A stretch of 64,000 nt of DNA from an uncultured Bifidobacteriales bacterium (GCA_964603925.1 CAZRWX010000001.1:5489-69488); one strand, 5' to 3'. Positions 9,113 through 19,700 are shown, counted from the first letter of the stretch. Notes: a model not told the origin generated them from the sequence alone. A program made the numbers and translations.

Positions 9113-11820
9113 CCCCCCACTCCCCCATTGGATATTTTAGCCTTTAGCTGGGCCAGTAACTTACCCAAATCTGCTGAAGGCTGTTTTATATTCTGCAGGT
9201 CCCCGTAAGCCTTTGCCAAATCCCCATAGTCATTCATCCATTCAGTAAAGTATACCAAAAGTGTAGGGTCCCCCGAGTATGTATGCAGAGCCTCAATATA
9301 GATTTTGTAGGCTTCCTCTGAACCAGGCATAAGGGCATTAAGGCATTTACCCCTGAAGGCCTCTATAACACCTGAGGACATATGTATGTCCGGATTATTT
9401 TCAAAGGTCTCCAGCACCTCGGAATAACGCTCATTTATCATTAATTGTTCCAGATAATTTTCCCACATCACCATGTCATTATTAAAGCGGCTTAAATACA
9501 GCCTGAAATATTTTAGAAGATCTTCAAGGGCCCCCGCCTTCTCAAAAACCTCCACCGGAATTTTATAATCCAGGGGGAAGTTTTGAAGACCTCCGTCAAT
9601 AAGCTCCTTCAGGCACTCCAGAGACGGGTGCCCGGGTTTTAAAGCCCCGCCCCCTGACTGCTCAAGCAGTACCATATACCCCAGCACATTTCTGCGGATA
9701 GTGGTATTATCTGAAGCAAAACGGGATACTTGTATGGGTTTACTTTTTATAATTCTGAATAATTCCAATGCCTTTGGATAATCTTGAGCATCCAGGGCTT
9801 TTTTTGCCAGCCAGTACCAGGAGAAAAGCCCCCCGGGGTTCCAATGCCGGGCTACATCGTACCATTTCTGCGCCTGGGCACTCTCCCCCATTTTATCATA
9901 AGCATTAGCAATAAGCTCAGGAAAAATTTTCACATCTTCCTGCGCTGGTGTCACTTCCAGGTTACTCCAGACCCCCAGTTGCCGTAAAACACCTTTGTAA
10001 AACTCTATTGCCAGTTTATACTCCCCCCGCTGATAATGGCAATTTCCCATTTCCATATTTACCACAGGGTCTTTCGGATGCTCTTTTATCTCATCCTGCA
10101 TAAGAGTAAAATTTCTGTTCAACTTTTTTTCCCTGTTTTCAGACAGCTCATAACCAGTATGGATTATGGTTATATCTACATCCTCCACTGGTATATTTTT
10201 CTCTTTTAGTGAGGTACCCAGCTGTTCATGTACTTTACCCGTAAACTGTATACCCTTATTATTGGGAAACAGACGGATTTGACGAAAAGCCTCCCGCTCT
10301 CCAGTATCTCTGGGACTCTCCACAATAAAACGATAAGCACATGAACTATCTATATTCTGATTTTCCCTGCTATTTGTAATTTGCCTTACCTGCTCCCAGA
10401 ACCCATCAGGGAGCCTGTCATCAGCATCCAGCCATAACAGCCATGGTTTATCAGACTGGTTTAAAGAAAAATTACGCGCTGCGGAAAAATCATTATTCCA
10501 CTGATAGTGGTATGTATTGATATCATTTTCCTTTAAAAAGCTTAATGTTCCATCACTGGAACCGGTATCTACAACTATCAATTCCACCTGTTCGCCTGGA
10601 ATCTGGGCAGCAAGTTCTTTAAGGTTCTGTTCCTCATTTTTCACAATCATACACACAGACAGATTAGGGCCCGAACCACCTTCAGACACCGGCGCCCTGT
10701 GCTCATGACTCTGTTTGTGCAGATCCTGTTTCGGGATCTTCTGCTCCGGCAGTTTCTGCTCCGGCAGTTTCTGCTCCGGCAGTTTCTGCTCCGGCAGTTT
10801 CTGCTCCGGCAGTTTCTGCCGCACATGCCTCAATACTTCCCGTGCGCCATCGAGAATAGAATCCCAGTCTGTGGGAATTGTCCATGGCGGTATGGGAAGT
10901 GAAAGCGCACTTTCCAAACACTTAGCCGCATTGCGGAAATTACCCAGAACAAACTCAACCTTGCCGAACTCAAACATGTACTGAGGATTATGTGACCCTA
11001 AATCCAGATTTTTCTTAAAGAAAGTTACGGCTTCAACAGTATGCCCGGCCAGGGCCTTACACTGACCAAGGTAGATGTGGCTGGCAAGATAGACATCCTC
11101 CTGCTGATCACGGGAACCCGAAGTCTGGATTATACGCTCATAGAGATCATTGGCCCGGTCAACATCCCCCCTTACCTGAATAGTACGGGCCAGGGAAAAA
11201 AGAATTGAAGTAGGCGCTGCAGGCTGTGCTGCCAGCTGTGTCATTATATTCAAATTTCGTTCAATCTTTGTTGTTAGAGAGGCTTCATCGCTGTAACCTA
11301 CATGGAGTATTTCGCAAGGAGCCTTAATGCCCAATAATGCCTTTTGTTTAATAGAAAGAGACAGGGACTCGTGAATGGGATTAGTAAAAAACAGGCCCAA
11401 TCCGTTAGGTACCAGACGTATCTGGTCAAAACTGTTGGTACTGCCGTCAGCTTGAGGAGACTTAACTGAGAATAAATAAACATGGTGCCTGGACAGCGTG
11501 CTGACATTATTAATAAACCACTGGCTGGTATCCGGCAGGAGCCTGTCATCGGCATCCAGCCACAGCACCCACTGCCCCCCACACTGTTCCAGCCCGAAAT
11601 TACGCGCCTTGGAAAAATTATTATCCCACTGCCGTCTGAAAACCCTGGCCTGACGACCGGTAGCAATATCAATGCTATTATCGGTACTGCCTGTATCTAC
11701 CAGTACCACCTCAGTGGCCACCTTTGCCCGTAAGCTTTCCAGAGAGTCAAAAAAACCTGGAAGCCGGACTTCTTCATCCTTAACGATAATAGTGATTGAA
11801 AGAAGGGGGTTTGGTGTCAA
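9109..11820 (-). CDS. Dual-GT2 glycosyltransferase with TPR repeats and (KLPEQ)n linker, paralogue of the 6524..9112 gene
   Basis: Two GT2 domains: LSITIIVKDEEVRL...VVLVDTGSTDNS...RQWDNNFSKARN...WVLWLDADD and LSVCMIVKNEEQNL...LIVVDTGSSDGT...YQWNNDFSAARN...WLLWLDADD. TPR-like repeats are present. The interdomain linker reads KLPEQKLPEQKLPEQKLPEQKLPEQKIPKQ. Its 4-bp overlap with the downstream gene suggests translational coupling. Confidence 0.85.
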   Translation of the reverse strand: MTPNPLLSITIIVKDEEVRLPGFFDSLESLRAKVATEVVLVDTGSTDNSIDIATGRQARVFRRQWDNNFSKARNFGLEQCGGQWVLWLDADDRLLPDTSQWFINNVSTLSRHHVYLFSVKSPQADGSTNSFDQIRLVPNGLGLFFTNPIHESLSLSIKQKALLGIKAPCEILHVGYSDEASLTTKIERNLNIMTQLAAQPAAPTSILFSLARTIQVRGDVDRANDLYERIIQTSGSRDQQEDVYLASHIYLGQCKALAGHTVEAVTFFKKNLDLGSHNPQYMFEFGKVEFVLGNFRNAAKCLESALSLPIPPWTIPTDWDSILDGAREVLRHVRQKLPEQKLPEQKLPEQKLPEQKLPEQKIPKQDLHKQSHEHRAPVSEGGSGPNLSVCMIVKNEEQNLKELAAQIPGEQVELIVVDTGSSDGTLSFLKENDINTYHYQWNNDFSAARNFSLNQSDKPWLLWLDADDRLPDGFWEQVRQITNSRENQNIDSSCAYRFIVESPRDTGEREAFRQIRLFPNNKGIQFTGKVHEQLGTSLKEKNIPVEDVDITIIHTGYELSENREKKLNRNFTLMQDEIKEHPKDPVVNMEMGNCHYQRGEYKLAIEFYKGVLRQLGVWSNLEVTPAQEDVKIFPELIANAYDKMGESAQAQKWYDVARHWNPGGLFSWYWLAKKALDAQDYPKALELFRIIKSKPIQVSRFASDNTTIRRNVLGYMVLLEQSGGGALKPGHPSLECLKELIDGGLQNFPLDYKIPVEVFEKAGALEDLLKYFRLYLSRFNNDMVMWENYLEQLMINERYSEVLETFENNPDIHMSSGVIEAFRGKCLNALMPGSEEAYKIYIEALHTYSGDPTLLVYFTEWMNDYGDLAKAYGDLQNIKQPSADLGKLLAQLKAKISNGGVGG
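10726..10815 (-). repeat. Five perfect tandem copies of a 15-bp unit (ctgctccggcagttt) plus one degenerate flanking copy, in-frame inside a GT gene
   Basis: Direct reading shows copies at 10741-10755, 10756-10770, 10771-10785, 10786-10800 and 10801-10815. 10726-10740 (ctgtttcgggatctt) is a 10/15 degenerate copy. On the minus strand this encodes (QKLPE)5. Confidence 0.9.
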
Positions 11821-11872
11821 AATTATTTACGAATTATGAAAAACAGGCATTAGCCAGCTATAGAGTCCGTTC

Positions 11873-14800
11873 TCAGCCGTGAAATGAATCTACAATATTC
11901 TTAACCTGTTCCAAACCTGGATCTATCTGCAAAGCAGAACTGAGACGGTCTTTAACCTTGTCCTCCAGACCCAGGATTCTGGCATTTTCCCACAAATTAA
12001 GAAGACTGTCCTGGTCCAGCGGGTTAATTTCCACTGCTGTAGTAAACAGCCTGTGGGCATCCTGATACATGCTTTGCTTATGGGCAATAATACCCAGGCC
12101 ATTATAAGCGGCAAAGCAATCCACCCTTTGCTCTACCAAATCCAGGTATATAAGAATAGCGGGGCTTAATTCCCCTTTGTTTAAATGCTCTTCTGCTTTG
12201 GATAAAAGATCGTTAATATTGTCAATAGATTCAAAATTCTTAATGAGATAGATTTCTTCACCACGCGCCTTTATTTGATGTAGGATTTCGGTGGCCTCCC
12301 GGTTATGGGCGTCTGTACTAAGGAAACGGTCGAGAAAAGGCCGGAATTTATCGATAGATTTCAACTTAAGGGCTACATCAAAAGCATTTATGAGGGCATC
12401 AGTATAAATAGGGTGAATCTCCAGAGCTTTGGAAAAATAATCCCAGGCCCTGTCATAATCTCCCTCATACCAGGCTACCAGCCCCATATTATTAACGGCT
12501 CTGAAATTCTGCGGGTCCTCTTGCAGAATACTTTCAAAAACCTCCCGGGACTTCTGCATCATGCCTTCACGGATAAGGTTTTCTCCGGCAAGGTTTCTCT
12601 CCCGGCTGGATATTATCTTCTCCGGATCCCAGCTACCCTCCCGGGACTCAAGCTTGAGCTGATCGTAATAGTGCTTGATTTCTTGAAAATCTTTGCTTTT
12701 ACCGGGGTAGGAGAAAACCTTTTCCAGAGTACCCAGCACCTCACTTTTATTACCTAAAACTATGCCGGCATCGCAATAATTAATGAGAACATCCTCATCA
12801 AGCAGGTTCAATTCAACGGATTTCTTAAAATGATCCCACGCCATTTTAACATCACCGCATTCAAAGGCAATAATGCCCAGATAGTTATAACAAAAAGCCT
12901 GATGATGTCCGGAGTTCAGGATCTCTTCCAGAAGATCCAACGCTTCACCATAGCGCTTTTCAGAGATAAGATTTTCCACATGTACCCGCCAATGCTCTTC
13001 AGTATCAGCTTTAGGCGCTGTGCGTTTTTTCAGCTCTCCTAAAAAAACCGGATGAAAGGGGAATGTTACCAAAAAAGCATTTAAACATTTAGCTACCTGA
13101 TCCTGCGCACAGGCCTTTTCCAATACATCTATTATATTATTGGCAATATCGGTGTCTGTGGGGTTAAGCTCCAGAGCTTTGCGAAATAGCTGAAGGGCAT
13201 CTGTGTGATTATTATCATGAAAAGAGATTATACCCAGACCATTATATACCTCTGAAATAGAATCATCTAAACCCTGAGCTTTGAGGAATAGATTCCTGGC
13301 TGTATCGAAATCACCCTTTTCGTAGAAATCATTGGCCTCACTGACCAAGTCGCGCACATCAGGTTTTTCTTTTTCCGAAACAATATCGTTCAGAGCCGCA
13401 GCCCCATGGCTCCATTTTTCTTTAAACTTTACCATGTTTTCCTTCATCATCTGCTGCCAGTCTACGCTGTTGCTGCTGAAACTGGCACTGCCGAAATGAA
13501 ATACGAAAGAATCATGAGCAATAAGAAGGCGGTAACCCATATATTTGGCCCGAAGACAATAATCGTCATCCTCAAAATTGCCCTTGCCATAGCGCTCGTC
13601 AAAAAAGCCGATTCTATCAAAGGCCAGCTTGGGAATTAACATGCAAAAACCCGTTATACGCTCAAACTCCATAGCCTTTAAATCATTCTCTTTTTGCCAT
13701 TTGCTCCCAAAATCTTGAATCTCCAATTCAGTATTGAGTTTGGTATCGGGTATAACCTGAGGTCCGCTGATATTATTGGACCGGGGCCCTATTATGCCAA
13801 TCTGTGAACTGCACTCGGACAGGCGCACCATATTCTCCAGCCAGCCAGGCACAACAATGGTGTCGTTATTAAGTACCATGAGGTAATCACCCTGCGCAAC
13901 TTTCAGCCCCTGGTTCCAGCCCTTTGCCACACCCAGATTTTTCTCATTGATAATAACTTTTGCTCCCGGGATAGAATTAAAGTATTCGCCTGTGCCATCG
14001 CTGCTGCCATTATCTACCAATATCAGTTCAAAACTCTGACGGGTATAAGCGGTTATGGATTCAATACATTTTTTTGTAAGGGCCAATTGATTAAAACCAA
14101 GAATAACTATAGAGACACATTTCTTTAGACTATGATCTACATTGCGGTTGTAGCAAACTACCTGTAAACCCTGTTCTGTTCCAGCGCAGCCTTCCTGGGG
14201 CACGCCCGAATAATCTTCCACAGAATCTACAGCAAACCCCGCTTGCCAGCCAGCATTCATCAGAAGTGCTTTTAACTGCTCTGGTTTAATATCTTTACTT
14301 GTTTGCTTACCGTCCGCTGTTTGAGTAACATAAAGCAGTATGGCTTGTTTCAGGCCTGGCATTTTATTGCGCAGTAGCCCAACACGAAGACCTGCCTCCC
14401 CCAACTCGCCGGGAAAAACCCTTATAACCGCCATATCCTGGTCTTCAGCTTTGACCTCTTGCCCGGAAAGACTGAAGACTTTGTCATTTGCTAAATCAAT
14501 AAATACGGGGCTTTCGGCGTTTTTTAAGTGCCGGGCCAAACTCTGGGGAAAACCTGATAAGTCTACCCGGGTAGTACCTTGCTCCGGAACTGTAATTGAT
14601 ACGGCCCCATTATGCTCCAGAACGGGTATATCATCAGACTGGACCTGGTCTGTAAAACAGGTCGTAAATCTTTTTAACAGGCTGGGAATATCAATAGATT
14701 CTTTGAGTTGTTTCTCCAGCCATAACTTATCGCATATAAAACCTAAATTATTGAAACTTTGACAGGTATCTGAGTCTGTAGTGAGAGGAATGCGTGTACA

Positions 14801-16072
14801 CTGAATATGGTTGTCAGGAATGAACCGGTGGTAAGACTGCTGAAAGAAAGCCGAGATACTAACCCCCGCAGGTACAAAAAGAAGATTTTCCTGCTTTATA
14901 AAACTTATGGCCATCCCCAAGCCGTCTATCAAAGACTGCTCGGGTGATAAATCTACTTTTAAGCCCTTGAAATCGCCAACACCTGACGCCGCAAGACCTC
15001 TTTGAAAATTGATAATAAAAACCTGCCCGGCCTCTCGAGCAGGTATGGAAGCCAGAGTTTGCTGTAAAAGATTTTTTGCGTCCTTTAACTCTGCTCCTAC
15101 ATAAACAACCCACCCCAGAGAGACTTTTTTTAAATTTTTACTTTCAGCATTTTGCAAAGACAATTCCTCGATAATATTTTTTGAAGGCTGAAACCAGTTT
15201 ATGCCCCACATAACCTCAGGGCCTGGTATTTTATCATGGTTACCATAAAACTTAAATAATTTGCGGTAAAGGTTATCTGTTGATTCCTGCACCAAAGCAT
15301 TTACTTTTTGATTTGGTTCTGTTTTAAAACTTTTTTGGCCCTCATGATGAATAAAGGTATCTGTAGCCACAACCAGTTCATACCCCCGCTGCCGTAAACG
15401 CCAGCTTAATTCCAGGTCATCGTTACCAAGAAACAGGTTCTCATCCATACCCTCCAGAGAATCAAATACCCTTTTGCTTACCATCAAACAAAAACCGATG
15501 AGTAGTTTGGTAATCAGACCCTTGCCTTTATTTGCTGTCGTTAAAGACTGGGAAAGAGACTCAAATGTAACCCCCATGCCCAGACGTTCTGAGGTATGTA
15601 ATTCGTATTTTTGCAAACCTGCTACATAATCAGAAACCGGCCCAACGGCTCCCACTTTTGGGCTATCAAAAAATGCAGCCATTTTGGGAAGCCACCCCTG
15701 GGTGACAATAGTGTCAGGGTTAAGAAAAACCAAATACTGCCCATGGGCCCCTTTTGCTCCCAGGTTACATGCACGGGCAAAACCCAGATTTTCAGGGCTT
15801 AAGACAGATTTAAGCCCTTTTCCAGATTGTAAGGATTGTAAAAAAGCTGGAGTACCATCACTTGAATTATTATCTACAACAATAACTTCTAAACCCATGT
15901 TATCATCACTGACAGATTTTAAGCACAGCTTTAATGTTTGCAGACAATTGTAAGAAACAACAATAATGGAATATTTAACGGCCACAGCCCCTCTCCGACA
16001 GAGTTTAGTATCACCAAAGCTTTTAATTAAAGTAGAACTTTCCGGCCCGGAACTGCAAACTCCCTGTTCCAT
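11873..16072 (-). CDS. Giant multi-domain glycosyltransferase (GT2 - unknown middle domain - GT2 - C-terminal TPR array), 1399 aa
   Basis: N-terminal GT2 (KYSIIVVSYNCLQTL...VIVVDNNSSDGT...YLVFLNPDTIV). Second GT2 (VSIVILGFNQLALTKKCIESI...LILVDNGSSDGT...YLMVLNNDTIVVPGW). About 500 aa of C-terminal TPR repeats (e.g. AWDHFKKSVELNL, AWDYFSKALEIHP). The true start may lie downstream of the first Met. Confidence 0.85.
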   Translation of the reverse strand: MEQGVCSSGPESSTLIKSFGDTKLCRRGAVAVKYSIIVVSYNCLQTLKLCLKSVSDDNMGLEVIVVDNNSSDGTPAFLQSLQSGKGLKSVLSPENLGFARACNLGAKGAHGQYLVFLNPDTIVTQGWLPKMAAFFDSPKVGAVGPVSDYVAGLQKYELHTSERLGMGVTFESLSQSLTTANKGKGLITKLLIGFCLMVSKRVFDSLEGMDENLFLGNDDLELSWRLRQRGYELVVATDTFIHHEGQKSFKTEPNQKVNALVQESTDNLYRKLFKFYGNHDKIPGPEVMWGINWFQPSKNIIEELSLQNAESKNLKKVSLGWVVYVGAELKDAKNLLQQTLASIPAREAGQVFIINFQRGLAASGVGDFKGLKVDLSPEQSLIDGLGMAISFIKQENLLFVPAGVSISAFFQQSYHRFIPDNHIQCTRIPLTTDSDTCQSFNNLGFICDKLWLEKQLKESIDIPSLLKRFTTCFTDQVQSDDIPVLEHNGAVSITVPEQGTTRVDLSGFPQSLARHLKNAESPVFIDLANDKVFSLSGQEVKAEDQDMAVIRVFPGELGEAGLRVGLLRNKMPGLKQAILLYVTQTADGKQTSKDIKPEQLKALLMNAGWQAGFAVDSVEDYSGVPQEGCAGTEQGLQVVCYNRNVDHSLKKCVSIVILGFNQLALTKKCIESITAYTRQSFELILVDNGSSDGTGEYFNSIPGAKVIINEKNLGVAKGWNQGLKVAQGDYLMVLNNDTIVVPGWLENMVRLSECSSQIGIIGPRSNNISGPQVIPDTKLNTELEIQDFGSKWQKENDLKAMEFERITGFCMLIPKLAFDRIGFFDERYGKGNFEDDDYCLRAKYMGYRLLIAHDSFVFHFGSASFSSNSVDWQQMMKENMVKFKEKWSHGAAALNDIVSEKEKPDVRDLVSEANDFYEKGDFDTARNLFLKAQGLDDSISEVYNGLGIISFHDNNHTDALQLFRKALELNPTDTDIANNIIDVLEKACAQDQVAKCLNAFLVTFPFHPVFLGELKKRTAPKADTEEHWRVHVENLISEKRYGEALDLLEEILNSGHHQAFCYNYLGIIAFECGDVKMAWDHFKKSVELNLLDEDVLINYCDAGIVLGNKSEVLGTLEKVFSYPGKSKDFQEIKHYYDQLKLESREGSWDPEKIISSRERNLAGENLIREGMMQKSREVFESILQEDPQNFRAVNNMGLVAWYEGDYDRAWDYFSKALEIHPIYTDALINAFDVALKLKSIDKFRPFLDRFLSTDAHNREATEILHQIKARGEEIYLIKNFESIDNINDLLSKAEEHLNKGELSPAILIYLDLVEQRVDCFAAYNGLGIIAHKQSMYQDAHRLFTTAVEINPLDQDSLLNLWENARILGLEDKVKDRLSSALQIDPGLEQVKNIVDSFHG

Positions 16073-16114
16073 ATTTAAGTTTCCCTATATACTAAAAAGC
16101 TATAGAAAGCACAT

Positions 16115-16477
16115 TCAGCTGTTAAAAAGCTGTTCTTTCAGCAGATAAATTATTTTTTCCGCTGTTTCTTTGTCTATGCCGCTACTGGAGGAACCGATAT
16201 TGGACTGCCTGTTCTGATTGGCTAGCGCACGCCTGGCACCAGCGATAGAGTAGCCATCCTCTTTCAACATGGAGTATATCTTCTTAAGTCTTATTATTTG
16301 ATCAGTACCATAACGACGCTGTTTACCCATAGTACGGGGAGTATCAAGATATTGAGGGAATTCTTTTTCCCAATACCTGATAGTGTGGGTGGGGATGCCA
16401 ATTATTTTAGATACATCACCTATACTCACTAAAGCGTCATCTTGCTGTTGAATTTCTACGGCACCTTGCATTATCAT
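16115..16477 (-). CDS. MerR-family HTH transcriptional regulator (short form)
   Basis: IGDVSKIIGIPTHTIRYWEKEFPQYLDTPRTMGKQRRYGTDQIIRLKKIYSMLKEDGYSIAGARRAL matches the MerR HTH pattern (IgevAk..Gvs..TlRyYE..gLl.p.R...g.R.Y...d...l..I..l...G.sl.ei). It lies 42 bp upstream of, and on the same strand as, the 1399-aa GT gene. Confidence 0.75.
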   Translation of the reverse strand: MIMQGAVEIQQQDDALVSIGDVSKIIGIPTHTIRYWEKEFPQYLDTPRTMGKQRRYGTDQIIRLKKIYSMLKEDGYSIAGARRALANQNRQSNIGSSSSGIDKETAEKIIYLLKEQLFNS

Positions 16478-16706
16478 TGCGCCTCCATGGGTTAAATCAT
16501 AAATATTTAGAGCAAATATGATACCATCAATATTTATCCATTTTTTGTTAAAATTCCTAACTTTTTACTTTAATTTTGCCCTTTTTGAGGCAACATTTTC
16601 CTAAACAGAAGTGATGAAAGGAATTTTTTTCCACAAAATATTGAGTAGAGCGGCTTTCAAGTTAGCTGATGCATATTCTATGTAAATGTTATTATCTTTT
16701 CCTTTT

Positions 16707-16728
16707 CATCTCCTGAGTCCAGGAGATG
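16707..16728. promoter_or_regulatory. Perfect 9-bp inverted repeat (catctcctg-agtc-caggagatg) just upstream of a TATAAT box, in the MerR/DUF349 divergent intergenic region; candidate operator
   Basis: Seen directly: 16707-16715 catctcctg, 4-nt spacer, 16720-16728 caggagatg. TATAAT lies at 16733-16738 and the ATG of the + strand gene at 16766. Confidence 0.35.
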
Positions 16729-16765
16729 AGTTATATAATAGTTTGACTTAAATTTGGATGTATAA

Positions 16766-19700
16766 ATGAAGTTTGGTGATTTTTTTAAACCTCAATGGAA
16801 GCAGAGTGACCCCCGTATCAGAGCAGAAGCCATAAAAAGCCTTGATGAGGAGTTTCACCTTGATGATCTCACAACTATAGCAATTTCAGATGAACTGTTA
16901 GACAATAGCAGATTAGCTCTCAAAAAGATTAACAGTGAAACATCGCTAATTAAAATAGCTGAAAATGCCCAGGAAACGGCCATAAGGGAGAGTGCTCAAA
17001 AAAAGCTTAGTGAAATATGGACTGGTTTTATCAAATCCAATGATAATGCAAATGAGGCCATTTCATTAATTAAAAAAGTAAAAGATCTTAAATGTCTGGA
17101 GGATATAGCTCTAAACAGCAAGTCGCTGGATGTCCGTAAAGCCGGTTTGGATATGCTTGTACATGCCTCCTCAATTTTAAAAGTAGCCCTTAACGAAAAG
17201 GATGAAGAGCTGGCTTTTAAAGCCTTAAGCAAGATTTCCAAACCTGCTCAATTGGAGATTGTCAGCAAAAAAGCCCTTAACAAGTCCCTAAGACAGAAGG
17301 CTAAGGAGTTATTCGAAAGCCAGACCAATGCAGGCGAGTCTTTATCAGAGGAGCAGGTGCGATCTGCACAATTGGAGCTTCTCTGCCGCACAGTTGAGTC
17401 TCTTGAACAACCAACTAATTGGGAGGATGCCGCCCGCAAATTAAACGAAGCTAAAACAACCTGGGGCTCCCTGGTATCAGAGGCACAGGCAATTCCTGAA
17501 GCACTCAGCCAGCGTTTTGAAATAGCTCTGGAGCAATATAAATCTGCCGAGCTAAAGCATTTAGAAAAAGAGCAAATGCGTCAAAAAGACCGCGATTATC
17601 AGCTTAAGCTGGGGGAGAAGAGGTCCATCTGCAACAAAATAGATGAACTTCTAATTATCAAAAATAAAAGCGAACGTAATGAGCAAATCAGCACTCTGAT
17701 AGACAGGTGGCGTGCTCTAGGTGATCTTTCCGAGGAGGACGCTCAACTTTTAGATGCGCGTTTTAAAAAAGCCACCGAGACCTTTCAAGGGCAGCTCAAG
17801 GAGTTGTCTCAAAAAGAGACAAAAACAGATAATGTTCAAGCTCTTCTTGAGGATGCAAAACAGCTGGCAGAGCGACCGGTATCAGATGGCTGCCAAACCC
17901 AGATAAAAGACTTAAAGGCGGCCTTAAACCGTTTGCCCAGTGAAAACCAGACACCAGAAGTTACTCAAATTGAGGGCCTGATTTCTCAGATTGAAGATAC
18001 TATTCAAAAACATGATCAGCAGATAGTTGACGAGGAAGCTGCCAATTTTATTAAGCTGAAAGAAGTCATACCTCAAATTGAAACATTAGTTGACAATCCA
18101 GATCTCCTGGAATCCGAGAGGAAATTCCGAGATCTGATTCATCAATGGCGGGCTCTTCATCCCTTTAATCATCTCAATTCAGAGTCCCAGGCAGAATACG
18201 CTTCCCTCACTCAGGCTTTTGACAGCAATTGCGAAAGATACCGGGAAGCCCAGGAGTGGCTCAGGTGGTCTAATCTCAAGAAGAAGCAGGATATCTGCCA
18301 GCAGCTGGAGACATTCCTGGAGGCATCCGAGCCCAGAGAGCTCTATAAAAAGTTAAGAGAAATGCAATCAGAGTGGCGACAGGTAGGGCCGGTAAGCTGG
18401 GAGGCAAGCAAAGAAATATGGGATCAATATCGTAAACTAACAGACGAAATTTATGAAAAATGTCAGAGTTTCTTTAGCGAACTGGAGGAGGAGCGGAAAG
18501 CAAATCTTGAAGCTAAAAAAGAGCTTTGTACCCTGGTAGAAACCCAGATAGAGTCCACAAACTGGAAGGAATCAACCGAAATAATAAAAAAAGCCCAGGC
18601 ACAATGGAAGGACACTGGCCCTGTACCCAAAGAGCAGTCTGACTCAATTTGGGAGCAGTTCCGCAACTTGTGTGACAAATATTTTGACAAAAGGAAGCTA
18701 TACTTCGAAGAGCTGGAGTCTCAGAAGGACAGCAATTTTGGGAAGAAACTCGAACTTTGCAAATTAGTAGAAGACAATCAAGATTCAACTAATTGGCGTG
18801 AAACTGCTGAAATATTTAAAAAAGCCCAGGAGGACTGGAAACAAATAGGCCCTGTTCCTAAAGAAAGAATGGAGGAGATATGGGACCGTTTTCGCAAGGC
18901 GTGTGACCATTTTTTTAATGCCCGGGATATGTATTTTAAAACTCTGGATGCCAATAAAGACGAAAATCTTGCACAAAAAGAGGCTTTAATTGAACAGATA
19001 CTTAACCTGGAAAATATTGAGTCTGATCAGGAGAAATTCGATCTGATTAAAAAGGCCCAGGCTGAATGGAAGCTGATTGGCCCCGTAGAAAAAGATAAAG
19101 CTGACCTGATATGGGAAAGGTTTCGTAAACCAATAGATGATTTTTTTGATAAACGCAAATTAATAAATAAAGAGGAAAACCAGCATAGAGAGGAAAATCT
19201 GGGAAAAAAGGAGGAGCTGTGCCAGCAGGCAGAAACCCTCAGCGAGTCCAAAGATTGGAAAAAAACCTCTGAAGAGCTTAAAAAACTACAGGCATCCTGG
19301 AAACAAATAGGCCCAGCGGCCCGTGATAAGGATAAGGCTATCTGGATGCGTTTTCGCTCGGCATGCGATGCTTTCTTCAGCAATATGAAAGACCATTACC
19401 GTCAGTTGGATGAAAAAAGATCACTAAATTTAAATGTCAAAGAAGATCTCTGTTTTCAAGCAGAACGGTTAGCTGGTTTTGTAGAATTTAAAGACAATGA
19501 CACCGATTCAACTCAAGAAAATGGCAAAGACTGGCCTCTAGCCGCTCAAAGTGTTAAAGAGCTTCAAAAAAAATGGAAGGAAGTTGGGCCGGTCCCCAGG
19601 TCTCAGAGTGATGAGCTCTGGCAGCGCTTTCGTATGGCCTGTGACTTTATTTTCGATCAAATCCGGGCCGTAGATTCTGAAGAGTCTGTGAATGAAGAAG

